From Candidatus Nanopelagicales bacterium (GTDB lineage: Bacteria; Actinomycetota; Actinomycetes; S36-B12): 64,000 nt of DNA. The notes under the pieces were generated by a model, which had not been told where the DNA came from, made no database searches, and saw nothing but the letters and a program-made list of their open reading frames with translations. Position numbers and translations under genes: made by a program. Location: the NCBI GenBank assembly GCA_017857175.1, contig JAFMDS010000001.1, forward strand, positions 55,088 through 119,087, read 5' to 3'. Positions within the stretch are counted from its first letter, which is position 1, and each line of letters opens with the position of its first letter. Below are positions 60,863 to 64,000 of this stretch, piece after piece.

Positions 60863-62017
60863 GTGAGCATTGACTTAGGAATCCCTGCACCCCCACCACC
60901 CCTAGTCGCCCCGCGACGCAAGAGTCGGCAACTGATTCTCAAACATCACAGCAAGCCACTAGCAGTTGGTGGCGATGCTCCCGTGAGCGTGCAGTCCATG
61001 TGTACGACTTTGACCGCGGATGTCAATGCCACCCTTCAACAGATTGCAGAGCTCACGGCAACCGGTTGTCAGGCTGTGCGGGTGGCCGTACCAAGTCAAG
61101 ATGATGCGGATGCGCTGTCCCAGATTGCAAAGAAGAGTGGCATTCCGGTCATCGCAGATATTCATTTTCAACCTAAGTACGTTTTTGCGGCGATCGATGC
61201 AGGCTGTGCGGCGGTACGTGTCAACCCGGGAAACATCAAGAAATTCGATGACAAAGTGGGTGAGATCGCGAGGGCGGCCAATGACGCAGGCACACCGATT
61301 CGTATTGGTGTCAATGCTGGGTCACTCGATCCACGGTTGTTGGAAAAGTACGGCAAGGCCACACCTGAAGCACTTGTAGAGTCCGCGCTCTGGGAAGCAT
61401 CATTATTTGAAGAACATGGTTTCCAAGACATCAAGATTTCGGTCAAGCACCACGACCCGGTAATCATGATGTTGGCCTACATGCAGTTGGCGGAGCAATG
61501 TGATTACCCATTGCACTTGGGTGTCACTGAGGCTGGCCCTGCCTTCCAAGGAACGATCAAGTCGGCCGTAGCCTTCGGGGGATTGCTGTCTCGAGGCATC
61601 GGTGACACGATTCGTGTATCGCTGTCGGCACCTCCAGTCGAAGAAGTAAAGGTCGGCATTGGGATTTTGGAGTCTTTGAATCTACGTCAACGTGGACTCG
61701 AGATCGTTTCCTGTCCATCCTGTGGGCGTGCTCAGGTCGACGTCTACACCTTGGCGGAACAGGTGACTGCTGGCCTGGAAGGTCTTGAGGTGCCATTACG
61801 TGTAGCAGTCATGGGCTGTGTCGTTAACGGGCCAGGTGAAGCCCGCGAAGCGGATCTCGGCGTCGCATCGGGCAATGGCAAGGGGCAAATTTTTGTCCGT
61901 GGTGAAGTGATCAAGACAGTCCCGGAGGCTCAAATCGTGGAAACTCTCATCGAGGAAGCAATGAAACTCGCTGAGAATATGACAGACGAAGGTTCGCCAA
62001 CGGTCGTTACGGCGTAG
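60863..62017 (+). CDS. ispG: HMBPP synthase (4Fe-4S)
   Basis: [47 protein letters not shown]. Confidence 0.98.
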   Translation: MSIDLGIPAPPPPLVAPRRKSRQLILKHHSKPLAVGGDAPVSVQSMCTTLTADVNATLQQIAELTATGCQAVRVAVPSQDDADALSQIAKKSGIPVIADIHFQPKYVFAAIDAGCAAVRVNPGNIKKFDDKVGEIARAANDAGTPIRIGVNAGSLDPRLLEKYGKATPEALVESALWEASLFEEHGFQDIKISVKHHDPVIMMLAYMQLAEQCDYPLHLGVTEAGPAFQGTIKSAVAFGGLLSRGIGDTIRVSLSAPPVEEVKVGIGILESLNLRQRGLEIVSCPSCGRAQVDVYTLAEQVTAGLEGLEVPLRVAVMGCVVNGPGEAREADLGVASGNGKGQIFVRGEVIKTVPEAQIVETLIEEAMKLAENMTDEGSPTVVTA

Positions 62018-62094
62018 TAGTCAGCAGTGAAGAACCCATGACAATCTCTCAACAGCGACCTTCTGGGCTCCGTTCCGGAAACCATGTTGGATGG

Positions 62095-62919
62095 GTGAGC
62101 CCTGTCCGGGAGAGTCATTTACCGCAGGCTTGGGAATTGGCCCAACGAGATGCGGTTGTAAATGCCTTTGTGTTGAGTCGCATCGATGCTGCACGAAAGG
62201 ACATGTGGCGACTTGGTGGTGCGTTGCTTGGCTATTTCACGGAAGCAGGTCTTCACTCATTGCTTTATGTCGGTGCGAATATCGTGCCGGTTCAAACCAA
62301 CGATGTTTCCCGGACCCTTTTTGCGCAGGAACTCATAAGAAGTGGGCGCAGGAGTTCGTCGATGTTGGGAAATCGGCATGAGGTCCTTGGTCTGTGGAGT
62401 CAATTGGAAAAAATCTGGGGCTTGCCTCGTGAGGTCCGCGATTCTCAACCGCTTCTTGCACTTCAATCGCGAGCGACGGGACCTCGCGATGCTCGAGTGG
62501 CTCACGTGACAGAGGACCAGCTATCCCTGCTATTTCCCGCGAGTGTTCACATGTTCACTGAAGAAGTTGGTGTCTCGCCACTACTGCACGGTGGTGAGGA
62601 TCAGTACCGGCGAAGGGTGGCAGAAGTAATTGCGGAGCGCAAAGCATTTGCGGTAATAGAGGATTCGCGGGCTATTTTCAAGGCTGAAGTGGGATTCGCG
62701 ACCCGCGAAGTCGCTCAACTGCAGGGAGTGTGGGTAATCCCCGAGCTTCGTGGACAAGGGTTGGCAGCCCCTGCTCTGGCCTCTGTCGTGGACTTTGTCC
62801 AAGAGGAAATCGCGCCCAATGTGACCCTTTATGTCAATGACTTTAATCGTGCGGCGCGAAATGTGTATGCGCGAATCGGTTTTGATCAGGTTGGAGAGTT
62901 TGCAACCGTACTGTTCTAG
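62095..62919 (+). CDS. GNAT family N-acetyltransferase (conserved actinobacterial ispG neighbour)
   Basis: FTEEVGVSP, FKAEVG, QGVWV...RGQGLA, LYVNDFN; start GTG 62095 or ATG 62038. Confidence 0.88.
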   Translation: MSPVRESHLPQAWELAQRDAVVNAFVLSRIDAARKDMWRLGGALLGYFTEAGLHSLLYVGANIVPVQTNDVSRTLFAQELIRSGRRSSSMLGNRHEVLGLWSQLEKIWGLPREVRDSQPLLALQSRATGPRDARVAHVTEDQLSLLFPASVHMFTEEVGVSPLLHGGEDQYRRRVAEVIAERKAFAVIEDSRAIFKAEVGFATREVAQLQGVWVIPELRGQGLAAPALASVVDFVQEEIAPNVTLYVNDFNRAARNVYARIGFDQVGEFATVLF

Positions 62920-63017
62920 ATGGGAATTCACTGCGCGAGGCGATCACTCGTCAAGACCAGCCCCACACTATTCTCTGACTACCCAAAGCTAGGTACCCAA
63001 ACACGAGTGAGGCAATT

Positions 63018-64000
63018 GTGATTTCGCGCATGTCAACCATGTTCCTTCGAACATTGCGCGATGATCCAGCCGATGCTGAAGTCCCTAGCCACAAATTGCT
63101 AGTCCGAGGTGGCTACGTTCGCAGAATTGCGCCTGGCGTTTTCTCTTGGCTTCCCTTGGGTTACAAAGTCTTTCGAAATGTGGAACGAATTGTGCGCGAG
63201 GAAATGGACAAGGCAGGATTCCAAGAGGTTCATTTTCCCTCTCTACTGCCGCGCGAGCCATATGAAACTACGGGGCGTTGGACCGAATATGGCGACAATG
63301 TCTTCCGCCTGAAGGATCGTAGGGACAACGATTACTTGCTCGGTCCAACACATGAAGAGATGTTTACCCTGATGGTCAAAGGGGAATTTTCATCGTATCG
63401 AGATTTGCCTTTATCGATCTATCAAATTCAAACCAAGTTCCGAGATGAAGCCCGACCACGAGCAGGGATTTTGCGGGGTCGCGAGTTCGTCATGAAAGAT
63501 TCCTATTCATTTGATGTGGATCACGAGGGTCTGGAAGCTTCTTATGAACGTCACCGCAAGGCATACATCTCGACTTTTGATCGCTTGAATTTGGATTACG
63601 TGATTGTCTCCGCCATGGCAGGTGCAATGGGTGGGTCGCGCAGTGAAGAGTTCTTGGCTTCAGCAGAAGTCGGTGAAGATACCTATGTGAAATGTTCATG
63701 CGGGTATGCAGCAAATGTGGAAGCACTGATTATTCCAATGGCTGAATTTGACCCCGAGCTCAACCTGAATGTGGACCTTCCAAGTTCACATGTGGAAGAT
63801 ACTCCTCAGACTCCGACAATTGATTCCCTTGTTGCAATGTCGAATGCGCGGACGGACCTTGCTCGACCAGATCGTGCTTGGCTTGCATCAGACACTTTGA
63901 AAAATTTGTTACTCATGGTCAGGGATGGAAGCGGCACTGACCGTCCGCTCGCTATTGGCGTGCCCGGTGATCGAGAGGTGGACATGCGTCGGCTTGAAGC
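63018..64000 (+). CDS. proS: Proline--tRNA ligase (3' truncated by window; absent from the ORF track)
   Basis: Manual translation from GTG 63018: [64 protein letters not shown]. Confidence 0.96.
   Translation, partial: MISRMSTMFLRTLRDDPADAEVPSHKLLVRGGYVRRIAPGVFSWLPLGYKVFRNVERIVREEMDKAGFQEVHFPSLLPREPYETTGRWTEYGDNVFRLKDRRDNDYLLGPTHEEMFTLMVKGEFSSYRDLPLSIYQIQTKFRDEARPRAGILRGREFVMKDSYSFDVDHEGLEASYERHRKAYISTFDRLNLDYVIVSAMAGAMGGSRSEEFLASAEVGEDTYVKCSCGYAANVEALIIPMAEFDPELNLNVDLPSSHVEDTPQTPTIDSLVAMSNARTDLARPDRAWLASDTLKNLLLMVRDGSGTDRPLAIGVPGDREVDMRRLE

Overview
A conserved actinobacterial chromosomal backbone (taxon inferred from gene order, an N-terminal TM helix on FtsY, an extended S16 and many apparently leaderless genes) flanks a ~31.7 kb nitrogen-catabolism region. 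The left backbone is mutM(partial)-smc-ftsY-amtB-glnK-glnD-ffh-rpsP-khpA-rimM-trmD-rplS-lepB-lepB-rnhB-yraN-comM-dprA-xerC, an opposite-strand M23 peptidase, then rpsB-tsf-pyrH-frr-cdsA-rlmN. The right backbone is dxr-rseP-ispG-GNAT-proS(partial). Between them lie a polyamine uptake/catabolism cluster, a glutaryl-CoA-type CoA-transferase/dehydrogenase pair, and a nested 8-gene pyrimidine-degradation operon with a divergent MocR regulator. The best candidates for undescribed biology are: (1) the pyrimidine operon has ring-opening and downstream enzymes and an ABC importer but no canonical dihydropyrimidine dehydrogenase, and instead carries a Mer-like putative F420-dependent LLM oxidoreductase, suggesting an F420H2-dependent reductive pyrimidine pathway; (2) a two-gene operon pairing a HicA-like protein with a stand-alone eRF1-middle-domain-like protein and no HicB; (3) a saccharopine-dehydrogenase-like enzyme in a catabolic polyamine operon; (4) glnD apparently starting at ATT; (5) an 11-mer amphipathic repeat tail on S16. 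No rRNA, tRNA, CRISPR array, transposase or prophage gene was recognised. All family calls come from reading motifs by eye, not from database searches.
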